Below, piece after piece: positions 20,083-28,933 of a stretch of 64,000 nucleotides of DNA; position 1 is the first letter of the stretch; every line of letters begins with the position of its first letter. Position numbers and translations under genes: made by a program. Origin of the DNA: Ignavibacteriota bacterium (GTDB lineage: Bacteria > Bacteroidota > Ignavibacteria > UBA10030 > UBA6906); NCBI GenBank assembly GCA_003157485.1, contig PMJQ01000121.1, positions 11,233-75,232 of the forward strand. The letters are read 5' to 3'. The notes below the pieces were generated by a model. It made no database searches, was not told the origin of the DNA, and saw only the letters and a program-made list of their open reading frames with translations.

Positions 20083-20185
20083 GAGGGAGAGCAATGCCCC
20101 CCTCTGTTGAATCCAGACTGAAAGCGTCGTAATTGTAGCCAGTTAAACTGTTCTTACAACACTCAATGTCGACCGGCGGAATCCG

Positions 20186-20755
20186 ATGAAGACGCAACCG
20201 AGCGAAAGGCAGCAGTCTTTTGAACGTGAGGCGCTTCCGCATACGGATCTTCTCTACAACTACGCCCTCCGTATGACCAACAATCTCGCCGACGCCGACG
20301 ACCTGGTACAGGAAACCTACCTCAAAGCGTACCGCTTCTGGGACTCCTATGAGCAGGGAACCAACATCCGCGCGTGGTTGTTCAGAATCTTGAAGAATTC
20401 GTACATCAACAGATACAGAAAGGAAGTACGGGAGCCCGACGAGGTCGAGTACGATGACGTCAAGAGTCTGTACACGCCCGGCGGAGAAGGAACTGCTGAT
20501 CAGAAGGATCTACAGGAATCGATGTTCGGCAACCTCCTCGACGATGAGCTCACGAACGCCATCGCTTCGCTCCCCGACGAATTCCGGACTGTCGTCATTC
20601 TCTGCGACATCGAGGCGTTGACGTACGAAGAGGTCGCCGCGTTCATGGAATGTCCTCTGGGGACCGTCCGGTCGCGGCTCCACCGCGGAAGAAAGCTTCT
20701 CCGTGGCCGGCTCACGGAATACGCACGTCAGCATGGCCTTGTTCAGGAACAGTAA
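20186..20755 (+). CDS. ECF-type RNA polymerase sigma-70 family factor
   Basis: Region 2 (DDLVQETYLKAYRFWDSYEQGTNIRAWLFRILKNSYINRYRK) and region 4 HTH (LTYEEVAAFMECPLGTVRSRLHRGRKLL). Confidence 0.88.
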   Translation: MKTQPSERQQSFEREALPHTDLLYNYALRMTNNLADADDLVQETYLKAYRFWDSYEQGTNIRAWLFRILKNSYINRYRKEVREPDEVEYDDVKSLYTPGGEGTADQKDLQESMFGNLLDDELTNAIASLPDEFRTVVILCDIEALTYEEVAAFMECPLGTVRSRLHRGRKLLRGRLTEYARQHGLVQEQ

Positions 20756-20793
20756 TTGCGGGGAAGGGGAGTGCGCAGGATGAAAGCCCGCCA

Positions 20794-21645
20794 GTGAATT
20801 GCAGAGAATTCAGTCATTGTATCACCCCCGCCGTTGACGGTCGGCTCTCCGGGAAGGATCAGGCGTTATTCGGTGAACACGCGCGGCTCTGTCCCTCCTG
20901 CCGGCACGACTATGAGGAAGAACGGAGCCTTGCCGCGCTGATTCGCGCACGGCTTCAGCCGGCCAGGGTTCCCGAGGGGGTTCTTGCCTCGATCCTCGCG
21001 TGCACACTGCAGAGTGAGAGCCGTCTTCCTTCCGTTTCGGGCCTCTCGATTGTAGAGTTCTTCCGTCATCCGCGCGTCATCCCCGTCCTTGCATGTCTCC
21101 TGTCGTTCGCTGTAGTCATGGTCGTGTTCTCCCGTCATGCTCCGCGTGTCGGCGCGGAGTCTGTGGGATTTGTCACGGGAAGCGACATCGAGCATCAGTC
21201 CGCCTCCAACTACGAAGCGGTGTTGAATGGAACAATCGTGCCGCAAGTCGTCTCCGATTGTCCGGAGAATGTGCGGACGTTCTTCCGGGGGAAGACGGGG
21301 TTCCCCGTATTCATTCCGGCGATGAAAGAATGCACGCTCGTCGGCGGGAGCATCAATGACTATCACGGCATGCGGCTTGCCCACGTGCTCTACAAACACG
21401 GACTTCAATACATCTATCTGTATCAGGCGTGTCGCGAATCGGTGATGAAGGGAGACACGCTCCATATTTCGCATGAAGCGCGTAACGATCTCGACCGCAC
21501 CGGCTGGCATTGCTGCACCGCGCCTGACGGCGCTGCCATCGTCCTCTGGGTGAGGGGCCGCACGTTCTGCGCGGCTGTCGCTCCCATGAACAGCGAACAC
21601 CTCATGGCACATCTCGCCGAAGCGGATGTTCCGGGTGCATGGTGA
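20794..21645 (+). CDS. Putative zf-HC2 single-pass anti-sigma factor
   Basis: Lies directly downstream of the ECF sigma. N-terminus NCREFSHCI..DG..HARLCPSC (H-x3-C-x2-C), and one TM helix (VIPVLACLLSFAVVMVVF). Start assigned to the in-frame GTG at 20794, which is uncertain. Confidence 0.68.
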   Translation: MNCREFSHCITPAVDGRLSGKDQALFGEHARLCPSCRHDYEEERSLAALIRARLQPARVPEGVLASILACTLQSESRLPSVSGLSIVEFFRHPRVIPVLACLLSFAVVMVVFSRHAPRVGAESVGFVTGSDIEHQSASNYEAVLNGTIVPQVVSDCPENVRTFFRGKTGFPVFIPAMKECTLVGGSINDYHGMRLAHVLYKHGLQYIYLYQACRESVMKGDTLHISHEARNDLDRTGWHCCTAPDGAAIVLWVRGRTFCAAVAPMNSEHLMAHLAEADVPGAW

Positions 21646-21716
21646 ATCGTGCGCTTGTGATCTTCCTTTCTTCTTCTCGCATGCGGTAACGTGGTTCCTC
21701 CTCCGGAAAGCGTTCC

Positions 21717-21745
21717 TTGACAAACGTCCCCGGTGTTGGTATATT
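21717..21745 (+). promoter_or_regulatory. Putative sigma70-type promoter TTGACA-N17-TATATT upstream of lon
   Basis: TTGACA 21717..21722, exact 17-nt spacer, TATATT 21740..21745. It lies 70 nt before the lon ATG. Confidence 0.55.
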
Positions 21746-21760
21746 TCAGTACATACCGCC

Positions 21761-21785
21761 AAAGGTGTCGATCCGACACCTTTTT
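21761..21785 (+). terminator. Terminator-like hairpin (10-bp stem AAAGGTGTCG/CGACACCTTT, T5 run) in the lon leader
   Basis: Perfect inverted repeat 21761..21770 / 21774..21783 with loop ATC, followed by TT. It sits between the putative promoter and the lon start codon. Confidence 0.45.
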
Positions 21786-21815
21786 GTGTCTTCTCACCCT
21801 GCGTCGAACGTTGAC

Positions 21816-24245
21816 ATGTCCCAGGAACCATCCGCCGAAACTCACCGAAGCACCGATCGTCACAGCGGGCTCCCCTCGCGGCTTCCGGTTCTGCCGCTGC
21901 GCGACGTGGTTGTATTTCCGTACATGATTTTTCCGGTGCTCGTGGGGAGGGAATCGTCGCTCAAGGCGGTGAACGAGGCCCTGGAGCGGGAGAAGTATAT
22001 CTTCCTCGCGGCCCAGCGGAACTCGGTGACCGAGGAGCCCGGTGAAAACGATATCTACCACGACGGGACAATAGCCAAAATCATCCAGATCCTCAAGCTT
22101 CCGAACGGCCTCATGAAAATCCTTGTCGACGGGATCGTGCAGGCCTCCATCCGGGCGTTTGTGCCCAACACAAAATACCTGGAGGCCGACCTCACGATCG
22201 GACCGGGGGGCGGGGAACTGGATTCCGAGCTTGATGCGCTGCTGCGCCATACCTCGAGCCTCTTCGCGGAGTACGTTCACCTCAACAGGAACGTCCCGAG
22301 CGAGGTTCTCGTTGCCTTCGAGAACACGCGTGATGCCCAGCGAAGGGTCTTTTATATAGCCTCCAACATCCTCCAGAGCGTGGACGTCAAGCAAAAGGTG
22401 CTTGAGCTCCACGGGATGCGCGACCAGCTGCACGAGCTGATCCGGATTCTGAACTCCGAGAACGACGTCCTCAAGATCGAAAAGGAGATCGACACAAAGG
22501 TTCACGACAACATCGCCAGGTCGCAGAGGAAGTTCTTCATTCAGGAGCAAATCAGGATACTTCAGGATGAGCTGGGGGACGAGGAAGGATCGCCGGAGCT
22601 CGCAAAGCTGCGCGATGACATCAGGAAAGCGAAGCTGCCGAAGAATGCGGAAGAAAAAGCGCTCGAAGAATTCGCGAAGCTGAAGAAAACCCCGCCGCTC
22701 TCTCCGGAATCGACGGTCATCCGGAGCTACCTGGACTGGATGGTGAGCGTTCCATGGCACAAACGGACCAGGGATAACCTCAGCATTGATCATGTCAAAA
22801 AAATCCTCGACGAGGATCACTTCGGCCTTGAAAAACCGAAGGAGAGGATTCTGGAGCACATCGCGGTCCTTAACCTCGTCGCCGAGATGAAGGGGCAAAT
22901 CCTCTGTTTCGTCGGCCCCCCCGGGGTGGGGAAGACCTCGCTGGCGAAGTCAATCGCCCGGGCGCTCGGGAGAAAGCTCGTGCGCATTTCGCTTGGGGGC
23001 GTACGGGACGAGGCGGAGATACGGGGTCACCGAAGGACGTATATCGGCTCCATGCCCGGGAAAATCATCCAGTCGATGAAGCGAGCCGGCGTGATCAATC
23101 CCGTGATGCTCCTCGACGAAGTGGATAAAATGAGCATGGATTTCCGGGGGGATCCCTCCTCGGCGATGCTCGAGGTTCTCGATCCCGAGCAAAACGTCGC
23201 GTTCAACGATCACTACCTGGACATCGATTACGATCTCTCGCGGGTCATGTTCATAACAACGGCGAACGTTCGCTATGCCATCCCGCTCCCCCTGCAGGAC
23301 AGAATGGAAATCATCGAGCTCGCGGGGTACCTGCAGCACGACAAACGGGAAATCGCGCGGCGCCACATCATCCCGCGGCAGCTCGAGGAACACGGGATCG
23401 CGGGGATGTCCATAGAAATCACCGATGACGCGATCGACTCTGTCATCACGGGATACACACGTGAAGCGGGCGTGCGCAATCTCGAACGGGAGATCGCATC
23501 GCTCTGCAGGAAGGTTGCGAAGGATATCGTTCTCGCGAAACAGAAAAAAGGGGTGAAAGAAAACGGGAAGCGGACGCAGCCGTTCTCGGTCGATCCGCAG
23601 AAAGTGGAGCACTATCTGGGTGTCCCGCGCTTCAGAAACAGACCGCGTGCCGAAGGGCGCAGAGTCGGGTCCGTCACCGGCCTTGCATGGACAAGCGTGG
23701 GAGGGGAACTCCTCAATGTGGACGTTGCGCTGATGAACGGTCCCGAAAAACTCACGCTCACGGGGCAGCTCGGCGACGTCATGAAAGAGTCTGCGCAGGC
23801 GGCGCTGAGTTTTCTCCGCTCCAACGCAAAGGAGCTCGGGATCCCCGCCGGCTTCTCCCGAGGGAAAGAGATCCATATCCATCTCCCGGAAGGGGCGATT
23901 CCCAAGGACGGGCCGTCGGCGGGGATCACGATGGCAATGGCGATTTACTCCGCCGTCAGCGGCAGGCCGGCGCGAAGCGACGTGGCGATGACAGGCGAGA
24001 TCACGCTCCGGGGCGACGTCCTTGCAATCGGCGGGCTCAACGAAAAGCTCATCGCGGCGCAGAGGAGCGGCATCGCGAAGGTCCTGATCCCCCGTGAGAA
24101 CGAAAAGGACCTCACAGACATCCCGGCGAAAGTTAAAGAAGGGCTCACGCTTATCCCTGTGAGCACAATTAAAGAAGGGCTGGTCCACGTGTTCGCGCCT
24201 GCGGTGCGTTCCTCCGGGGCGGGGAGGAGGACTGCCGGGCGATGA
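21816..24245 (+). CDS. lon: ATP-dependent Lon protease (LonA)
   Basis: LPVLPLRDVVVFPYM N-domain, Walker A GPPGVGKTSLAKSIA, catalytic Ser in PKDGPSAGITMA. Start set at ATG 21816. Confidence 0.96.
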   Translation: MSQEPSAETHRSTDRHSGLPSRLPVLPLRDVVVFPYMIFPVLVGRESSLKAVNEALEREKYIFLAAQRNSVTEEPGENDIYHDGTIAKIIQILKLPNGLMKILVDGIVQASIRAFVPNTKYLEADLTIGPGGGELDSELDALLRHTSSLFAEYVHLNRNVPSEVLVAFENTRDAQRRVFYIASNILQSVDVKQKVLELHGMRDQLHELIRILNSENDVLKIEKEIDTKVHDNIARSQRKFFIQEQIRILQDELGDEEGSPELAKLRDDIRKAKLPKNAEEKALEEFAKLKKTPPLSPESTVIRSYLDWMVSVPWHKRTRDNLSIDHVKKILDEDHFGLEKPKERILEHIAVLNLVAEMKGQILCFVGPPGVGKTSLAKSIARALGRKLVRISLGGVRDEAEIRGHRRTYIGSMPGKIIQSMKRAGVINPVMLLDEVDKMSMDFRGDPSSAMLEVLDPEQNVAFNDHYLDIDYDLSRVMFITTANVRYAIPLPLQDRMEIIELAGYLQHDKREIARRHIIPRQLEEHGIAGMSIEITDDAIDSVITGYTREAGVRNLEREIASLCRKVAKDIVLAKQKKGVKENGKRTQPFSVDPQKVEHYLGVPRFRNRPRAEGRRVGSVTGLAWTSVGGELLNVDVALMNGPEKLTLTGQLGDVMKESAQAALSFLRSNAKELGIPAGFSRGKEIHIHLPEGAIPKDGPSAGITMAMAIYSAVSGRPARSDVAMTGEITLRGDVLAIGGLNEKLIAAQRSGIAKVLIPRENEKDLTDIPAKVKEGLTLIPVSTIKEGLVHVFAPAVRSSGAGRRTAGR

Positions 24246-25876
24246 GCGACTACGTTGTCACTGCACGAAAATGGCGGCCGGTGCGGTTCGAAGACGTGGT
24301 GGGACAGGGGCACATCACGACAACGCTCCGGAACGCCATGGCGGCGAAGCGCCTCGCACACGCGTATCTCTTCGGCGGACCCCGCGGCGTTGGCAAGACA
24401 ACGACGGCAAGGCTTCTGGCGAAGGCGGTGAACTGCAGCGCCCCCGTCGACCAGAATCCCGATAATACATGCGAGAGCTGCATCGAGATCACCGAGGGAC
24501 GGAGCTTCGATGTTCTCGAAATCGACGGTGCCTCAAACCGCGGCGTCGAGGAGATCCGCAATCTGAGAGAGTCGGTCCGTTACGCCCCCTCGAGGGGCGC
24601 GTACCGGGTGTTTATCATCGACGAAGTCCATATGCTCACGAAGGAGGCATTCAACGCGCTCCTCAAGACGCTGGAAGAGCCCCCCCCTCACGTCCTTTTC
24701 ATATTTGCCACGACCGAAGTCAACAAGGTTCCGGCCACTATTCTCTCCCGCTGCCAGCGGTTCGATTTCCGGAGGATTAAGACCGACGAGATCGCTGCCA
24801 ACCTGCGCGCAATCGCGCAGGCGGAGGGGCTGGTCATCGACGACGATGCGCTGCACCTCGTCGCACGCCGGGGGGATGGCTCGCTCCGGGATGCCCAGAG
24901 CGTCTTCGATCAGGTCGTGGCGCTCTGCGGAACCTCGGTCACACGTGCGAAGATCGTCGAAGCGCTGAACCTCGTGGATCAGGAGGTCTATTTCCGCATG
25001 ACCGACCTCATCAAGACGGGCGACGTCAAAGGCGGACTTGCGCTCGTCGACGACATCATGACCGCCGGGCATGATCTGCGGGAATTTCTCTCTGGCCTGA
25101 CCGAGCACCTGCGCAATCTCCTCGTCGCGCGGACAACGGGAGCCACGCTTCTTATCGAATCAGCCGACGTCTACAGGCATCGGTACGCTGCTGAATCTGA
25201 GGCGTTCAGCGTCGCCGATCTCCTCCGGCTTCAGCACCTTGTTGCCGGGACGGATTCCGCGCTCCGGTGGACAACGCAGCCGCGGTTCAGGCTCGAGGCG
25301 GACATCGTACGGATGATCGCGCTCCCCCGGGCGAAAGATGTCGGCGAGCTTCTTCGCCGGCTTGACGAGCTTGCAGCGTCCGGGGCGGGGACCCCTCCTC
25401 CTCATCCGGCTTCTCCTGCACCGCCCCGGTCCAATTCGGGACCGGAACATCCGGTGAGCCGCCCTGCCGTGGTACCCGCGCACACACCCGCCCCCCGGGG
25501 AGCAGCCGGTGCCGGCACGGGCGAACTCGCCGCCAGATGGAACGAGGTCCTTGCAGAAGTCCGAACGAAGAAAATATCGCTCTGGCCGGCTCTGGAAAAT
25601 GCGGTGCTTCTCGGCATCGAACACGGGACGGTCCGTCTCGGCGTGGCGGATGATTTCCAGGCCTCGCTGATAATGAAACAGCGGGAACTCCTGGGCGAAG
25701 TGTTCCACAAGATGCTCAACGTGCAGCTCGGGGTCCGGGCCGAGATCACCGGCATCGCAGCCGCCGGTGAGACGAAAGCGGCCCCTTTCCCGAAGAGCCC
25801 GGTAAACGGGGCGCCGGCAGACGATCATCCGGTCATCGCGGCGATGAAGAGGGAACTCGGGGCGGAACCGATATGA
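24242..25876 (+). CDS. dnaX: DNA polymerase III subunit gamma/tau
   Basis: GPRGVGKTTTARLLAKAVNC, zinc module CxxC (CESC), FIIDEVHMLT. ATGA overlap with the lon stop. Confidence 0.93.
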   Translation: MSDYVVTARKWRPVRFEDVVGQGHITTTLRNAMAAKRLAHAYLFGGPRGVGKTTTARLLAKAVNCSAPVDQNPDNTCESCIEITEGRSFDVLEIDGASNRGVEEIRNLRESVRYAPSRGAYRVFIIDEVHMLTKEAFNALLKTLEEPPPHVLFIFATTEVNKVPATILSRCQRFDFRRIKTDEIAANLRAIAQAEGLVIDDDALHLVARRGDGSLRDAQSVFDQVVALCGTSVTRAKIVEALNLVDQEVYFRMTDLIKTGDVKGGLALVDDIMTAGHDLREFLSGLTEHLRNLLVARTTGATLLIESADVYRHRYAAESEAFSVADLLRLQHLVAGTDSALRWTTQPRFRLEADIVRMIALPRAKDVGELLRRLDELAASGAGTPPPHPASPAPPRSNSGPEHPVSRPAVVPAHTPAPRGAAGAGTGELAARWNEVLAEVRTKKISLWPALENAVLLGIEHGTVRLGVADDFQASLIMKQRELLGEVFHKMLNVQLGVRAEITGIAAAGETKAAPFPKSPVNGAPADDHPVIAAMKRELGAEPI

Positions 25877-25949
25877 ATGGGGAACGCCCGGGTTGACTCT
25901 CGTCCGCCATTTTCGGATTTTGAGAAGAGATAGACGCGGAAGGGTGCCT

Positions 25950-26981
25950 ATGAGAAAGGCGGGGTGGGTGTGTGCGCTTGCGGTCCTGATGCCCGCCGCG
26001 GGTGCTCAGTCCCAGACGGAAATCGCGAAATATGCGGGTGAGTTCCTCTCCATCGGCGTCGGCGCCCGCGCGCTCGCGATGGGTGGCGCGGCCGCGGCAG
26101 TGGCGAACGACGTGACGGCTGGCTACTGGAACCCGGCAGCTTTGGCGCGCATCAACTACCCGCAGTTCGTCCTGATGCACGACGCGGAGTTCGGCGGTCT
26201 TGTAAACAACGACTACGGCGCCGTGGCGATCCCCGTCGGCCCAAGCACGAGCCTCGGCCTCAGCGTCATCCGGGTGGGTGTCGATGACATCGCGGATACG
26301 CGAAACGCCGGCGTCGACGCAAACGGGAACGTCACTTACGATCCGTCCCAGTTCACGCGCGTAGATCCCGGGCGCGTCACCTATTTTAACGCCGCTGACT
26401 GGGCGGTCTACTTCACGTACGCGCACAGGCAGTCCGAGACCTTTTCCTACGGAGCCAACGTCAAGCTCATACGCCGCGATCTTGCGGAATACAGCGCAAT
26501 GGGGATCGGATTTGATATCGGATTCTGGTACAATCCCTGCGAAAATCTTCTCCTCGGCGCCAACCTGCAGGACATCACAACGACGCTTGTAGCGTGGAAT
26601 ACCGGCCGGAATGAACTCATATCACCCACCGTAAAACTCGGGTCGGCGTATTTCTTCGATCTCCTGGGGGGGCGCATCGCACCTGCCGCGGATTTCGACA
26701 TACGCTTCGAGAACAGACAGACCGCCTCCACGGCCCACGTCGGCCCCGTCAGCCTCGACGTCCACGGCGGGTTGGAATATGACTTCCGGGGTCTCGTCGC
26801 TCTCCGCGCGGGATATAGCGACGTCAAGCAGCTCACACTGGGAGCCGGCGTGCACTTTCCGAAACTGAACATCGACTATTCATTTGCCAGGTTTGGCGGG
26901 GCCGACCAGCTCGACAACACGCACAGGATCTCCATCATGTTCACGCTGGAAGCCGAGCAGTACAAGAGACCCGGCGAGTAA
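25950..26981 (+). CDS. PorV/PorQ-family outer-membrane beta-barrel (T9SS-associated family)
   Basis: Signal peptide, then AGEFLSIGVGARALAMGGAAAAVANDVTAGYWNPAALA, which resembles the PorV/PorQ N-terminal signature. Start trimmed to ATG 25950. Confidence 0.6.
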   Translation: MRKAGWVCALAVLMPAAGAQSQTEIAKYAGEFLSIGVGARALAMGGAAAAVANDVTAGYWNPAALARINYPQFVLMHDAEFGGLVNNDYGAVAIPVGPSTSLGLSVIRVGVDDIADTRNAGVDANGNVTYDPSQFTRVDPGRVTYFNAADWAVYFTYAHRQSETFSYGANVKLIRRDLAEYSAMGIGFDIGFWYNPCENLLLGANLQDITTTLVAWNTGRNELISPTVKLGSAYFFDLLGGRIAPAADFDIRFENRQTASTAHVGPVSLDVHGGLEYDFRGLVALRAGYSDVKQLTLGAGVHFPKLNIDYSFARFGGADQLDNTHRISIMFTLEAEQYKRPGE

Positions 26982-27000
26982 GTTCCTTCACCGCGCGTCA

Positions 27001-27594
27001 GTGACAAATACTCCCCCGTCATACGTTCTGCCGCTGCGGCGACTTCTCTTCTCCGGCATTTCTGCGTTCCTGTTCACCCTCCTGTTCTTCCCCGGATGTA
27101 CGAGCCCGCTCCCCGTGACCGCGGCTGGCTCCGCCTATTCACTTTCCCGCGACGGGACGATCCATTACTGGCTACCGGCAGGCTGGTTTGAAGTAACGCC
27201 GGATAGCATAGAAGCCGACCGGGCAGTCTGGCTCGTGCGTGACGACTACGCGGGAACTCTGACGGTACGGCGGGTGCACCTGCGCGCCGTCGATAGGGCC
27301 GATCTCGGGGGGGAGGGATTGCTTCAGGTGGCGAAGCTGACCGCTGCGCTCGAAACGTCAAGCAAGCCAGGAATCCTTGCGCGCGAACCCGACAGAACGC
27401 AGGTCAACGGCAGGGACGCGGTGTCTTACGACGTTGAGTACAGCGGATCGGGAGACAGGACTCGGACGATGCTTCTGGAATCCGGCGGGCGGGTCTACGC
27501 GGTGACAGCGCTTGTCAACGGCGGCGCACCGCCCGAGGCGGGGAGGGAAATCTTCAGCGTACTCCAGTCGTTCCTTGCAGCGATGCGCATGTAG
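27001..27594 (+). CDS. Hypothetical exported protein or lipoprotein
   Basis: GTG 27001. Hydrophobic N-terminus ending ..LLFFPGC. No recognisable catalytic motif. Confidence 0.5.
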   Translation: MTNTPPSYVLPLRRLLFSGISAFLFTLLFFPGCTSPLPVTAAGSAYSLSRDGTIHYWLPAGWFEVTPDSIEADRAVWLVRDDYAGTLTVRRVHLRAVDRADLGGEGLLQVAKLTAALETSSKPGILAREPDRTQVNGRDAVSYDVEYSGSGDRTRTMLLESGGRVYAVTALVNGGAPPEAGREIFSVLQSFLAAMRM

Positions 27595-27600
27595 CGCATC

Positions 27601-28923
27601 TCAGAAATGGAAGTGCACGGAGTCGTTGATGATGAGAAATGCCATCAGCGCGAGAAGGACGACAATCCCCACTTTCTGAAGGCCGAGCTTCACACCAAGG
27701 GGCACTTCCCTGCGGAACACCGCTTCGTACACGAGGAACGCGATATGTCCTCCGTCAAGAGCGGGGAAGGGGAGAATATTGATGATCGCGAGATTGATGC
27801 TGAGAAGGGCCATGAAGCTCAGGTACGTCAGAAGCCCGAGATCCATTGACTGAGATGCCAGCTGCGCAATCTTGATCGGACCGCCCACCGATTCGACGAA
27901 CGAGACCTTTCCCGTCACAAGCTGCCACATCTGCCCGGCGAAGCTGACGGTAACGTACACCATATAGTGCGCACCGGCCGGGAGGGCCTCAAGGACCGTG
28001 TAATCGACGTGCGTCCGCGGCCCGGTGTAATTCTCGCCGATCGGAATGCCGATATGCCCGTCCTGCGTCGGAACCGCCCTTCCGCTCATGGATTCCGTCC
28101 CCCGCCTCCAGTCGACTGTAATCTCTTTTCCGGCGTTCTGTCTTACGATCTGGAGGACCTTCTGCAGGTCCCGGATGGGAGTCCCGTTAATCGACACCAG
28201 AACATCCTGCGCCTTCAGACCGAGCTTCTCCGCGGGCTTCCCCGGTTCGGGGGGACCGACAACGATCTCTGTCCCGGCGGGAACGATGCCGGTTCCGGCA
28301 CGGGTGGGATCGCGAAGAACCTCCGGGGAAAAGGCAAGCGCCGTGTCCGCCGGGCTGCGATGAACGGTGAGGACGAGCTTCCCCTGCGCCGCGCCGGCAT
28401 ACAGCGCGTCGAGCATCGGTTCCCAAGCAGAGACTGGCGTTCCGTTGACGGAGACGATCGTGTCTCCGGCCTTCAGTCCCTCCTGTGCGGCGGGACTTTC
28501 CGCGGCGACGTATCCGACTTCGGTCGTCTCACGAAGCGTCTTCCCCGAATAGAAGGTGATCCCCCAGAAAATCACGAGCGCAAGGAGGAGGTTCATGATC
28601 ACCCCTGCGGAAAGGACGAGCGTCCTCTGCCAGATGGGCTTTGCACGGAACTCCCACTGTTCCGCCGGCCGGTCGAGGAACTCGACGTCCATGCTCTCAT
28701 CCACCATTCCCGCGATTTTCACGTACCCGCCAATCGGAAGCCAGGACACGCAGTAATCGGTTTCGCCGAACTTCCACCCGAACGCGCGCGGGGGGAAGCC
28801 GATGGAGAACCGGTCCACCCTCATCCCGCACAGCTTCGCTGCGAGAAAGTGGCCGAGTTCGTGCACGAGAACAAGGACGCCGAGCGTCACAATAAAATCG
28901 AGAACCGTTTTCAGAAATTGCAT
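27601..28923 (-). CDS. rseP: Site-2 zinc metalloprotease RseP (M50) with PDZ domains
   Basis: HELGHFLAAK and NILPFPALDGGH motifs. Start trimmed to MQFLKTVLDF (28923). Immediately downstream of dxr. Confidence 0.92.
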   Translation of the reverse strand: MQFLKTVLDFIVTLGVLVLVHELGHFLAAKLCGMRVDRFSIGFPPRAFGWKFGETDYCVSWLPIGGYVKIAGMVDESMDVEFLDRPAEQWEFRAKPIWQRTLVLSAGVIMNLLLALVIFWGITFYSGKTLRETTEVGYVAAESPAAQEGLKAGDTIVSVNGTPVSAWEPMLDALYAGAAQGKLVLTVHRSPADTALAFSPEVLRDPTRAGTGIVPAGTEIVVGPPEPGKPAEKLGLKAQDVLVSINGTPIRDLQKVLQIVRQNAGKEITVDWRRGTESMSGRAVPTQDGHIGIPIGENYTGPRTHVDYTVLEALPAGAHYMVYVTVSFAGQMWQLVTGKVSFVESVGGPIKIAQLASQSMDLGLLTYLSFMALLSINLAIINILPFPALDGGHIAFLVYEAVFRREVPLGVKLGLQKVGIVVLLALMAFLIINDSVHFHF

Positions 28924-28933
28924 GAATGACCCA

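Noticed and set aside
20083-20185. ECF-type (GGAAC-N16-17-CGT) autoregulated promoter upstream of the ECF sigma at 20186
   Set aside because: Only loose matches were found (TTGAAT-N17-TAATTG, AAAC..GTCG with the wrong spacing). Not convincing enough to annotate.
21423-22898. 491-aa minus-strand ORF overlapping the anti-sigma 3' end and the lon 5' half
   Set aside because: It is antisense to Lon, whose motifs are unambiguous, and it crosses the intergenic promoter and hairpin. No motifs.
24242-25876. Programmed frameshift or slippery site producing gamma from dnaX
   Set aside because: No A-AAA-AAG-type heptamer or long A-run is visible in the gene.
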